From a bacterium (GTDB lineage: Bacteria; UBA8248): 64,000 nt of DNA. The notes under the pieces were generated by a model, which was given only the letters and a program-made list of their open reading frames with translations, was not told the DNA's origin and ran no database searches. Position 1 is the first letter of the stretch; the number at the start of each line of letters is the position of its first letter. A program made the translations under genes and the position numbers. The DNA lies in the NCBI GenBank assembly GCA_965261085.1, contig OZ253442.1:3936001-4000000 (forward strand), read 5' to 3'. This document shows positions 44,958-54,398 of this stretch, piece after piece.

Positions 44958-46084
44958 TTTCTCGCCTTTAACCCTGCGTGCAACTCCTCGGGGTCGATGG
45001 GGAGTTTCACGACTTGCTTTCGCTTGGCGGATAAATCGCACGCCATGCAGAGCATGAGGTTCCGGTGTCCCTCCGCACCCGTGGCGTGGGGCATATCGGC
45101 TCCCGTGTAGACGTGCGAGAGCCAGGCGATGGACTCATCGCGCATCGGCCCCCAGAACTGCCCTTTGGACATATCTCCCGCCGGGTAGCTCTCGAGCAGA
45201 TGCACGTGGCGCTCCTCTCCCCGGTGGGAGGCGAGCGGGTTCTCCGACGCCATGATGAAATCGGCATGGGTGTCGTCGATGGTGAGCGCGCCCTCCGTGC
45301 CCACTACGCTGATGGTGACGCCATAGGTCGAGGCGGGCCAGATGGTGGGCATCCCCCAGTTGCACTCCATGCTCCAGATGGTTCCATCATCAAAAGTGAA
45401 GATGCTGAAGGTGGCGTCTTGCGTGCCGATGCTCGTCATCACCCGCGATATCGAGCGTGAGACGACTTCGACGGGCCTTTTCTCCGGCCCCATCACGAAC
45501 AGCATGACGTCCAGCGCATGGGTGCCGGATATCACCATGGGCGTAAGTGCGGAGCGATCCTCGTTCTTCGACAACCGGGTGATGCCGACCTGGCGGTTGA
45601 GCAGCGCGCGCGTCGTCGCGGAGGTAACTTCGCCCAAGACCCCCGACTGCACGTGCTCACGCGCCGTGAGCCAGCGCCTCCTGAAACGCTGGGTGTAGCC
45701 CACCAGAAGTTCCACGCCCGCCGCTTCGGCGGCCTCCACGATTTTCGCCGATTCCACCACGCTCGTGGCCAGCGGTTTCTCCACCAAAATCCTGTGGCCC
45801 TGCTCAATCGATTCCCAAAGCGGCTTCGCGTGCCACTCCTCATCCGTGGCGATGATGACGGCGTTGACCTCGGGCCTCTGGATGAGCTCCGTGAAATCGG
45901 TCGTGAAAAAATCGGCCCCGAACTCCTCGGCCATCGCCCTGCCCTTTTTCTCGTCGATGTCGCAGCAGCCGAGCCACTCCGTTCCCGGATACTCTCTGGC
46001 GCAGCGCGCGCGAATGCGCCCCACCCGGCCACAGCCGACCACGGCCAGACCAATCGGGTTTTTCTCGCCCCCAAAAACCGCCAT
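44954..46084 (-). CDS. Gfo/Idh/MocA family oxidoreductase
   Basis: GCGRVG, VEKPLA, GYTQRF. Confidence 0.9.
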   Translation of the reverse strand: MAVFGGEKNPIGLAVVGCGRVGRIRARCAREYPGTEWLGCCDIDEKKGRAMAEEFGADFFTTDFTELIQRPEVNAVIIATDEEWHAKPLWESIEQGHRILVEKPLATSVVESAKIVEAAEAAGVELLVGYTQRFRRRWLTAREHVQSGVLGEVTSATTRALLNRQVGITRLSKNEDRSALTPMVISGTHALDVMLFVMGPEKRPVEVVSRSISRVMTSIGTQDATFSIFTFDDGTIWSMECNWGMPTIWPASTYGVTISVVGTEGALTIDDTHADFIMASENPLASHRGEERHVHLLESYPAGDMSKGQFWGPMRDESIAWLSHVYTGADMPHATGAEGHRNLMLCMACDLSAKRKQVVKLPIDPEELHAGLKARN

Positions 46085-46256
46085 CACCCTCTCCCGTAAA
46101 TTTATCAAGACGTATAAAAAACGCGCCGGAGTCCAATCCGACGCCGTTTGGATTCCCTTTTCATACCAGCTTCCGTGGATAGGCGCATCTTCACTCGCCC
46201 ACCGCGTTTCGCATTTACAAGGACCAACTCCGACAATACGTGCGGGACTTAGAAAT

Positions 46257-46432
46257 CACTCCCCCCTTGAGGGTCATTCCTGACCGGGAAGGGAGGGAAT
46301 GTCGCAAAAACCGAGCGTTTTGCGTGAAGGTTGATGCGGTGGGGGGTATGATTCTAAAATAAAAGCTCCCCCCACCGGTTCGCTTGCGGGCTTACGCCCT
46401 TACCTCACCGACTCCCCCTCAAGGGGGGAGTG
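46257..46432. repeat. Palindromic intergenic element (same family as 35884-36049)
   Basis: CACTCCCCCCTTGAGGG...GACTCCCCCTCAAGGGGGGAGTG; the left arm carries an extra GTCATTCC...GGGAATG hairpin. Confidence 0.85.
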
Positions 46433-46540
46433 GTTTTTTGCTCTCAGCATGTGTTGTCGGTATAGACCCTCAAAGGAAAGTGATCCTCCTAAACAGTCTC
46501 CACACGAAGAGGGAGAAAGGGCGATATACGGCCCTAAAGA

Positions 46541-47182
46541 CTAGCGGCGGTCCCGCATGAACAAGCCCGTGTCGGCGAGGGCCGCCTTGACGACCTCATC
46601 CTTTAGAGAACCGGCGGGGAGCGGCGCCTCGAAACGAAGCCTTATCCGCTCCTTCAAGAAGGGAAGCATGAAGCCGGTGCGCATCAGCTCCGCGTTATCG
46701 AGCCTTAATAAACCCTCCGCCGTCCGCTGAACCCGTATCTGGAACAGGGCGAACTCCTTGCCCTTCACGAAAAGGTAGGTAACCGGCCCAGGCGCGTGAC
46801 GCAAGGCGCTCAGTTCGCGGTACCGGCCCTCCGGAATATCCTCGGGCACGATGAAAAAGTGCTGCGCCGTGCACCGCATGCAGGGGACGTCGCTGGCTCG
46901 TCTGCGCTCGGTAGTAGTCACGCCCGAAGGCGCGGCGGTGATCATCACCCGAAGCGGAACCCCGCTTCGCCACTCCTGCGGCACGTCCATATTCTCGGGC
47001 GGCGGGGGCAGTTGCTGAACAACCGCATAGAGCGCCGCTTTATCCTGGCGGTCCTGCGCCGGATAGACGCCGACGATCGGGGCGTCCGGAGCCTGCGGAT
47101 ACACCGGGAGCGAGGTGAAAACCAGCGACGCCGCCAACGCCGCCGCTTGAAGCAGACGTATCCGCAATGAGCGAGGATTCAC
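46541..47182 (-). CDS. Hypothetical exported protein with CxxC
   Basis: Signal-peptide-like N-terminus; PCMRC; abuts the upstream oxidoreductase stop. Confidence 0.6.
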   Translation of the reverse strand: MNPRSLRIRLLQAAALAASLVFTSLPVYPQAPDAPIVGVYPAQDRQDKAALYAVVQQLPPPPENMDVPQEWRSGVPLRVMITAAPSGVTTTERRRASDVPCMRCTAQHFFIVPEDIPEGRYRELSALRHAPGPVTYLFVKGKEFALFQIRVQRTAEGLLRLDNAELMRTGFMLPFLKERIRLRFEAPLPAGSLKDEVVKAALADTGLFMRDRR

Positions 47183-48292
47183 TTATTCAAAATCCTCAGG
47201 CGAGACCGGGAGCGAAACCGCTTGTCCGGTTTTGGCCGAATGATCCATCGCCAGGCACAGCATGAGGTTCTCGTGCGCCTCCCGCGCGGTGGTGTGCGGC
47301 GTGGGGACGCCCAGATAGATTCTGTCGAACCAGGAACGCGTCTCCTCGCGCATGGGCCCCCATAGCTGATCGAACACCAGATCCCCCGGTGGATAGCTGG
47401 TGAGAAAACTCACGTTGCGCTCCTGTTTCAAGCGCGCGGATTCGTGCGGCTCCGCAGTGGCGAAGACGATGTCGCGGTGCGTGTCGTCTATCGTGAGCAC
47501 GCCTCCCGTACCCACGATGCCCAGTTCGAGCGAATAGACCTCCGCCGGCCAGACGCGCGGCAGCGCCCAGCTCACGTTCATGCTCCATATCGTCCCGTCC
47601 TCATAGGTGACGATAGCGAACGTGGAATCCTTTGTGAGGTAGGGCGCCATCGCCTTATCCACCGAGCGCGCGTACACTTCCACCGGCCGCAGCCCCTCCA
47701 GGAGCCAGGAGCATAAATCCACGCTGTGGGTGCCGGAGATGACCATGGGGGTGAATTTCGTCGGAAATTCGGTTTTGGTGGAATTCGCCACCGGGTTCAT
47801 GCGGTTCAAAAAGGCGCGGCCCGTCACGGAGGAGATATCACCCAACTCTCCTGAGCGAATCTTCTCCTTCGCCACCAGAAAGCGGCGGCGGAACCGCTGC
47901 GTATAGCCCAGGACGGCGTCGACCCCCGCCTCGTCGATGGCGCTCACCAGGTTTTCGGACACGTCGGCGTCCACCGCCAGGGGCTTTTCGATCAGCATCC
48001 GGTGCCCACGCTCCACGCCGATGAGGATGGGTTCTAACCGCTCGTTCGCGTAGGTGGCCAAAACCGTGCTGTTCACCTCATCGCGCTTCAGAAGTTCGCG
48101 GTAATCGGTGGTGAAAAAATCGGCCTCTACGTCTTCAGCCAGTTTTCGGCCCACCTTCTCGTCGATATCGCACAACCCCATCCATTCGACCGCCGCGTTC
48201 TGGCGCGCGAATTCCGCTCGGATGCGCCCGATCTTTCCGCATCCCACCACAGCCAGGCCGATGGGCCTTCTCGTATCAACCGATAAGTTCAT
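47183..48292 (-). CDS. Gfo/Idh/MocA family oxidoreductase
   Basis: GCGKIG, IEKPLA, GYTQRF; paralogue of 44954-46084; start trimmed to MNLSVD. Confidence 0.9.
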   Translation of the reverse strand: MNLSVDTRRPIGLAVVGCGKIGRIRAEFARQNAAVEWMGLCDIDEKVGRKLAEDVEADFFTTDYRELLKRDEVNSTVLATYANERLEPILIGVERGHRMLIEKPLAVDADVSENLVSAIDEAGVDAVLGYTQRFRRRFLVAKEKIRSGELGDISSVTGRAFLNRMNPVANSTKTEFPTKFTPMVISGTHSVDLCSWLLEGLRPVEVYARSVDKAMAPYLTKDSTFAIVTYEDGTIWSMNVSWALPRVWPAEVYSLELGIVGTGGVLTIDDTHRDIVFATAEPHESARLKQERNVSFLTSYPPGDLVFDQLWGPMREETRSWFDRIYLGVPTPHTTAREAHENLMLCLAMDHSAKTGQAVSLPVSPEDFE

Positions 48293-48329
48293 GAGCGTCA
48301 CCTTGATCAGAGAGCGTCGATTCCAAAGC

Positions 48330-48404
48330 CGGGCGCACTTCAATTGACTCGGGGAAAACCGAACCGAGTCGCCTGGGAACGGACTCGTCAAGCAGCAGTT
48401 TCAT
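48330..48404 (-). pseudogene. N-terminal remnant of a DUF5615 PIN-like toxin
   Basis: MKLLLDESVPRRLGSVFPESIEV overlaps the DUF433 3' end, then homology stops. Confidence 0.7.
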
Positions 48405-48612
48405 TCGCACCGTTGGTGAGCATCACCTTTGTGAGATCGAGCGCTTTAAGCGCCTGTTCTCGTGATACCGTCGGGAAGTCTTCCAAAAAATCGTCGAGCC
48501 GATCACCCGCTTCGAGATGCTCCATCAGAGTGCGCACCGGAACCCTGGTGCCTGAGAAAACCGGAGTCCCGCCGAGGATATCCGGGTTCCTCTCGATAGG
48601 CGTGTCGGTCAT
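48388..48612 (-). CDS. DUF433 domain antitoxin-like protein
   Basis: PDILGGTPVFSGTRVPV, FLEDFPTV. Confidence 0.92.
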   Translation of the reverse strand: MTDTPIERNPDILGGTPVFSGTRVPVRTLMEHLEAGDRLDDFLEDFPTVSREQALKALDLTKVMLTNGANETAA

Positions 48613-48820
48613 CGCTCACTCCTTCGTTTTGGCATATCAAAGAGTATCAAACGGCGCTCATGGCTTCTATTCTTCACCAAATGTTCCTCTCTTCACAACT
48701 GCCGCTCAAGCCTGGCATCGCGGTATTCTAAGGGCAAAGCCCGCTCTGGTTCCAAAAATTCGCATTTCATCGGAAGATGGGCCATTCTCTTGAAACCTGA
48801 ATCCCGAAAGGAGTGACACC

Positions 48821-49471
48821 GTGTCCCGCGTACCCATGCTCGAATCCGGCGCCGACGACCCCGTTGTGAACCACCTCTTCGACCACGCGGGTGTTCTGCT
48901 GAACCGAATCCCCAACGCCTGGCGAGTGATGGCGAATCAACCCTACATCACGAAGTTCATGCTGCCGCTCACCTCATCGCTCCTGCGCCAGGGCCTTGGT
49001 TCGGCCCTCGAAACGAAGATAAAAGAACTGGCCATCATCAAGACCAGCCAACTCAACAACTGCGCCTACTGACTGGCGCACAACACGCCGGTTGGTCAAT
49101 CGGTGGGAATCACGGAAAGCCAGATAGCGGCCATCAGCGAGGGTGACTACAGCCCCTTCACCGAAAAAGAGCGCGCCGTCCTGCTCTGGGCGGAACACGT
49201 CACTCTCAATACGGCCAGGGAGCGGGACGACGTTTTCGAGGAAGTCAAAAAGCATTTCAGCGACTCTGAAATCGTGGAACTCACCATGGTCATCACCTAT
49301 TTCAACATGAGAAACAAATTCAACGACGCGCTGGGGATTCCCATCGAGGCGCAAGAAGAGATCGACAGGAACAAGATTCGCCGCAAAGACCCCGATGATC
49401 TCAAGGCGTATCTCGAAGCCCTGCTCGCCGACTGGCCGGATGAATTCCCCGAGGCGGGAAGCGGAGCATGA
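48821..49471 (+). CDS. AhpD/carboxymuconolactone decarboxylase family, predicted selenoprotein (Sec at TGA 49070-49072)
   Basis: In-frame join KELAIIKTSQLNNCAY-TGA-LAHN gives a CxxU-xxH motif; the downstream half has AhpD-type ERAVL and FSDSEIVEL. Confidence 0.87.
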
Positions 49472-50862
49472 CGAAAACTCTCATCCGTAACGCGACGGTT
49501 CTCTCGATGGACCCCCATGTCGGGGAGATCGAGTGCGGCGACGTCTTAATCGAGGGCGAGCGCATTTCCGCAGTGGGCGAGAAACTCGACGCAACAGACG
49601 CTGAGACCATCGACGCTGCGGGCATGATCCTCATGCCCGGCCTCGTGAACGCGCACATGCACACCTGGCAGACCGCGCTTCGCGGCCTGGGCGGAGACTG
49701 GGGAGGGCGCAGCTATTTCGAGATCGCACACGAGACCCTGGCGCCGCGCTACCGGCCCGAGGACATCTACATCGCAACGCTCACGGGCGCGTGGGCGCAG
49801 ATGGAAGCAGGCGCCACGACGCTGTTCGACTGGTGCCACAACAACCCCACGCCCGAGCATACCGACGCAGGAATAGACGCATTGGAGGAATCCGGCATCC
49901 GCGCCCTTTTCGGACACGGAACGCCCAAACCTCAGCCTCAGGAGGGCGAACTCCATTACTCGCAAATCCCGCATCCGGCGAGTGAGATCAAGCGTTTGCG
50001 AACGGGGCGTCTTTCCGACGACGAAGGACTCATTACGCTTGCGATGGCCATTCTGGGGGCCGACTACTCCCCGCTGGAAGTCGCGCTGCACGACATGCGC
50101 CTCGCGCGGGAATACGGGCTCCTATCGAGCGCTCACATCTGGGGCGACGCGAGCCGAAAGGTGAAGGGCGGCTACCACACGCTGGCCGCAGAGGGGGTTC
50201 TGGGTCCTGATCACAACCTCGTGCACTGCAACTACGTGGAGGATGAGGAACTCCGGGTGATTCTGGATTCTGGCGCTTCCATCACGGCCACTCCCTCCGC
50301 CGAGATGCAGACGAACAGGGGAGAGGCCGTCTGCGGGCGCGTGAGCGCGCTGGGCGGCAGGCCCTCCATCGGCGTGGATCTCAAAACCTACGTCAGTGGG
50401 AACATGCTCCACGCGATGCGCCACGCTCTTCAGGTCCAAAGGATTTTTGACAACCGCCGCCTGGATGCGGACACCTACAGGGCGCCCGCCCTCGCCTTCT
50501 CGGCGCGCGATGCGCTCGCCTGGGCCACCATCAATAACGCGCACGCGATGGGCATGGCGGAGAGAATCGGTTCCATCACGCCCGGCAAGCAGGCCGACCT
50601 CATCCTCATCCGAAAAAACGACCTCAATATGACGCCTGCTGCGGACGCAGCCCGCGCCGTCGTCTTCTATGCGGAGCGCTCGAACGTGGATACCGTCTTC
50701 ATCGCAGGAGAGAAGGTGAAAGCGGGCGGAAAGCTGCTCGTAGACCCAGGCAAAATCGCCCAAGCGAAGGAGCGGCTCACAGAATCCGCGCGGTGGATTA
50801 CGGGAGCGGCTTCAAGCGGAGATGGACAAACTTTCCCGACCGCCGGAAGAAGGAATTCGTAG
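49468..50862 (+). CDS. Amidohydrolase family protein (MTA/SAH deaminase-like)
   Basis: PGLVNAHMH, LVHCN, GVD, GSITPGKQADL; ATGA overlap with the AhpD-like gene. Confidence 0.9.
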   Translation: MTKTLIRNATVLSMDPHVGEIECGDVLIEGERISAVGEKLDATDAETIDAAGMILMPGLVNAHMHTWQTALRGLGGDWGGRSYFEIAHETLAPRYRPEDIYIATLTGAWAQMEAGATTLFDWCHNNPTPEHTDAGIDALEESGIRALFGHGTPKPQPQEGELHYSQIPHPASEIKRLRTGRLSDDEGLITLAMAILGADYSPLEVALHDMRLAREYGLLSSAHIWGDASRKVKGGYHTLAAEGVLGPDHNLVHCNYVEDEELRVILDSGASITATPSAEMQTNRGEAVCGRVSALGGRPSIGVDLKTYVSGNMLHAMRHALQVQRIFDNRRLDADTYRAPALAFSARDALAWATINNAHAMGMAERIGSITPGKQADLILIRKNDLNMTPAADAARAVVFYAERSNVDTVFIAGEKVKAGGKLLVDPGKIAQAKERLTESARWITGAASSGDGQTFPTAGRRNS

Positions 50863-50950
50863 GGACGGACCTCCGCGCGCATCCTGAACACAGAGGTGCG
50901 GTCCGTGAGCAGGTCGAACTTTGGGAGACAGACACAGAGACCGACCCTAT
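50859..50950. repeat. Degenerate GTAG-type REP pair
   Basis: GTAGGGACGGACCTCCG... and ...CACAGAGACCGACCCTAT. Confidence 0.45.
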
Positions 50951-51490
50951 GCAATGCTCACTCCGTGATGCTCATGCCCCGCTCGTCAACGGCGGGAGCT
51001 TGCTCCTCGTGTTTCGCAAGAGTTTAAGAACGCCTCCGATTGCCTTCGCAACCGGCACCGTAAAATCATTATCCGTCCAATAGGCTTTGTGCGAGAAAGG
51101 ATTCCAGAAGGTCATAAGCCCGGATAAACTCGAACTAACAATAAGATGACCTTTAGGCATTTATTCCCTATGTAAATGAGTTCGTGGGCCAACACAACTT
51201 GGGTAACCTTGACAGTATTGACCTATAAAGCGCTGATATAATCCTTCGAAGGTAAACGATTGCCTTGGAAAAACTGACTTCAAGCTGACATACTGTATAT
51301 ATCAGAAAGAGTTCCGATCACTTTGAAAAGTCTATCAAGAAGAAATTTTTCTTCTTTTCCACCGCATCAAACTTCGTTGCTATGTGTGTTCGAAATTCGG
51401 CAACATCACTCTCTGTCTTGTCGAATCGCTTCGCTATCTTAGCAAAGGTTTTTTCGGTTTACCTCGTAATTCCGCCTCCACTGCTTTAAT

Positions 51491-51751
51491 TTAATCAGAT
51501 CCCTCCTCATCTTGTCCGTCTTCTTCTTGATTTTGACCAAAAAACCCGGGTGGCAGGAAGTTGGAATAATAAGAACGCCCATCGGATAAATAGAATCTAT
51601 AACCCTCTAGGTGGAAGTGTATTATACTTGTAATCTGAGATATTTGAATATATACGGTATCTTGGCTACTTATACCTGTAGTTCCTTTTATCCATCCATA
51701 CGGCGCACCATCAACTGGCTCAATTAATTCACGATTTATTCTTAGATCCAT
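51491..51751 (-). CDS. Hypothetical protein in an AT-rich islet
   Basis: 86-aa ORF with GGAGAG upstream and an acidic tail. Confidence 0.5.
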   Translation of the reverse strand: MDLRINRELIEPVDGAPYGWIKGTTGISSQDTVYIQISQITSIIHFHLEGYRFYLSDGRSYYSNFLPPGFFGQNQEEDGQDEEGSD

Positions 51752-52196
51752 TCTCTCTCTCCATTAACAGTGGGTTTTAAGAATCATACATATAATTTCC
51801 CAACCACAGATCTGCACTGATATCAACTTTCGACTAAACTAAACAATAATCTAATTTACTTTACATTACTTTAATATAATGCAATTGTCAATAAGTTTCG
51901 GCTCCACCCAAAATATTCACCCCCTCGCCGATCACCCAGCGCACTCCCCCCTCACACGCGCGAGCCGGCGCACCGGCGGCTGCATGAAGTCACGTGTCCT
52001 ATGATTCGCGTACGAGAGGTTGCACTACACAAGAGACGTGGTGGAGAGGGAATATCAGCGAATCACGGGAGACGGCCCGTGCGCAAACCGGTGGGGCATT
52101 CCGTAAGCTATCGAAACACCTGTGGAAATTTTATGAGCGCTTAGGTCAAGTCGTAGGGTTTGAGGTCGTAATACCTTTATCGTCGATGCTCAACAA

Positions 52197-52481
52197 TCAA
52201 CTCCCATTGTTCCGCACACCGCGTTTATCTCTCTCGTCGTTGCCCTTGTGGGTCACATGGATGACCAGCACGATCAGGGCCTCATCTTGCACTTCGTATA
52301 CCACGCGGTAGTCGTCTACGCGTAGCCGCCTGAGCCCCCGCTCTTCTCCCTTGAGCGCATTGCCCAGCAAAGGGTGTTCCGCCAGCCGGTCAATGGCTTC
52401 TATGATCCGTGCGCGATCTGCTTTAGCGACACGCTCTAATTCCCTGGCTGCGCTGCGTTTAATCCGTATCGAGAAATTCAC
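52197..52481 (-). CDS. RelE/ParE family toxin (aberrant C-terminus)
   Basis: SAARELE...LKG..RGLRRLRVDDYRVVYEV. Confidence 0.85.
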   Translation of the reverse strand: MNFSIRIKRSAARELERVAKADRARIIEAIDRLAEHPLLGNALKGEERGLRRLRVDDYRVVYEVQDEALIVLVIHVTHKGNDERDKRGVRNNGS

Positions 52482-52680
52482 GCTTTATTTGATCCCAATC
52501 GAGCATTGGATCGCTTGGATCACGCAACCGATCAACAGCCACCGAGAGATCATCGAATTCTTCGAGATAACGCTCGATCGCCTGACGGATTATTTCCGCT
52601 CGGCTACGCTTAAGCCGACTAGCTGCCTCGTCCAGCGCGTCGACTACCGCATCTGGCAAACGTGCGGTGATTTGTGTCAT
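52459..52680 (-). CDS. Ribbon-helix-helix (CopG-like) antitoxin
   Basis: ITARLPD...SRAEIIRQAIERYLE; overlaps the relE-like gene. Confidence 0.88.
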   Translation of the reverse strand: MTQITARLPDAVVDALDEAASRLKRSRAEIIRQAIERYLEEFDDLSVAVDRLRDPSDPMLDWDQIKREFLDTD

Positions 52681-52782
52681 CCTACCTCCAACGCAATATG
52701 AAGTCAAACACATTACATCTATGCGGTTCTCTAGTCAACAAGAAAATCCCACCACCCTACCATCCTACCACTCGTCCCTCCA

Positions 52783-54246
52783 TCAATATCCATCCTCCGC
52801 ATATCCGCCCGGAGTGGGCGTGGCGCCTGTTTTGGCCGTTTCGATGACGTGGGCGCGTCCGCCGAGGCGCTCGATGAGCGCCGCCTGATCGCGCTTGGCG
52901 CGCCTATCCACCTCTTCGGGGTCGAGGATTTCGAGCAGAGCGCTTTCGAGTTCATTGATGAACGGTTTGCTCTCGGGCTTGCCCGAGATGTCGTTTTGTT
53001 CTTCGGGGTCGTTCTCGAGGTCGTACAACTCGGGCGGATAGTCCACGTAGTGGATGTACTTCATCCGGCCTTTTCGGATGAGGTAGGCCGCCGTCTCGGC
53101 GCCCGAGGCGTGGTATTCACTGAAAACGACGCTTTCCGCGTCATAAGGCGCGCGCGCGATTCCGTAGAGCGAGCAGCCTGTGCGGGTTTGGTCCTCTTCA
53201 TCAGGCGCAACGCCCACCGATTCGAGGATGGTGGGATAGAAATCGAGAAGCGATACGGGTGTTTCAGCCACTGCGCCCGCTTCCAGGTCCGGCCCGGCCA
53301 TCATGAGCGGCACGGCGGCCGATTCCTGGTACATGGTGCCCTTGCCCCAGGTGCCTCTGGCTCCTAAGTTCTCGCCGTGATCGCTCGCGAAGAATACGCG
53401 GGTGGAATCCGCGAGACCCGAGCGCTCAAGGCTTTCCAGCACGCGGCCTACCTGATCGTCTAAAAACGTGCAAAGCCCAAAATATGAGGCGATGGCGACG
53501 CGCCTTTTTTCATCGTCGAAAAAGCTGTCCGAGGGCACGTATTTGCGGTACGCCTCTATCCACGGATGCCGGGGGCGGCCATCGAGCGCGTGGGCTTTCG
53601 GCATGGGCACGGAATCAGTCGGATACATGTCAAAATACGCTTGCGGCGCCATCAAGGGAAAATGAGGCGACACGAAGGAGACGAACGTCATCCAGGGTTT
53701 CCGTGGGTCTCCGTATTTTTGCGCGTCGTTCTCGAGCCACGCGCACGCCTTCTCGGTGATGTCCAGATCGTAATTCGAATAACTCGTCTCGCCCGGGCCG
53801 ATCTCGCGCGCGAGCTTATCCGCCTTCTGGACGATCAGCTCATCGCGGATGGAGCCCAGCACGCTGCCCACGCCGCCGTCGCGCGCGTGCATGGGCACGA
53901 TTTGCTCATCGAAACCGGTGGGGTCGGTGGGGTTCCTGTAGTGGAGTTTACCGATGGAAGTGACGCGGTGGCCCTCGGCCTGCAGTCGATGCCCCCAGCC
54001 GGCGGGAATTCCGGTGTAAGGGCTGGCGTTGTCCCAGTTGCCGATTTCATGCACGTAGCGGCCCGTGGCGAAGCTCGCCCGCGCGGCCGTGCAAATCGGG
54101 GAATTCGTATAAGCGCCCGTAAACCGCACGCCCGAGGCCGCCAGACGGTCGATGTTCGGCGTTTGCACCATCGGGTGTCCGTAGCATCCAAGTGTTCGTA
54201 CACTCAACTCATCCGCCATGATGATGAGCAAATTCATCGGTTTCAT
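52783..54246 (-). CDS. Sulfatase (choline-sulfatase-like)
   Basis: MADE, CTAAR (CxxxR FGly motif), GKLH, SDHGE. Confidence 0.9.
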   Translation of the reverse strand: MKPMNLLIIMADELSVRTLGCYGHPMVQTPNIDRLAASGVRFTGAYTNSPICTAARASFATGRYVHEIGNWDNASPYTGIPAGWGHRLQAEGHRVTSIGKLHYRNPTDPTGFDEQIVPMHARDGGVGSVLGSIRDELIVQKADKLAREIGPGETSYSNYDLDITEKACAWLENDAQKYGDPRKPWMTFVSFVSPHFPLMAPQAYFDMYPTDSVPMPKAHALDGRPRHPWIEAYRKYVPSDSFFDDEKRRVAIASYFGLCTFLDDQVGRVLESLERSGLADSTRVFFASDHGENLGARGTWGKGTMYQESAAVPLMMAGPDLEAGAVAETPVSLLDFYPTILESVGVAPDEEDQTRTGCSLYGIARAPYDAESVVFSEYHASGAETAAYLIRKGRMKYIHYVDYPPELYDLENDPEEQNDISGKPESKPFINELESALLEILDPEEVDRRAKRDQAALIERLGGRAHVIETAKTGATPTPGGYAEDGY

Positions 54247-54398
54247 ACGAAAAGCTCTCTCCTGAAGGGAAATGTTGTGTCGAGAAATTCAGGGATGGCG
54301 GCGGAACTCAATGGTTTCATTCGGGTTTTGTTTGGTTCATTCACCAAAGACTACGCCGGTATGAAAACGATTTCAACACCGCCCCCTCACCAGAAGAC

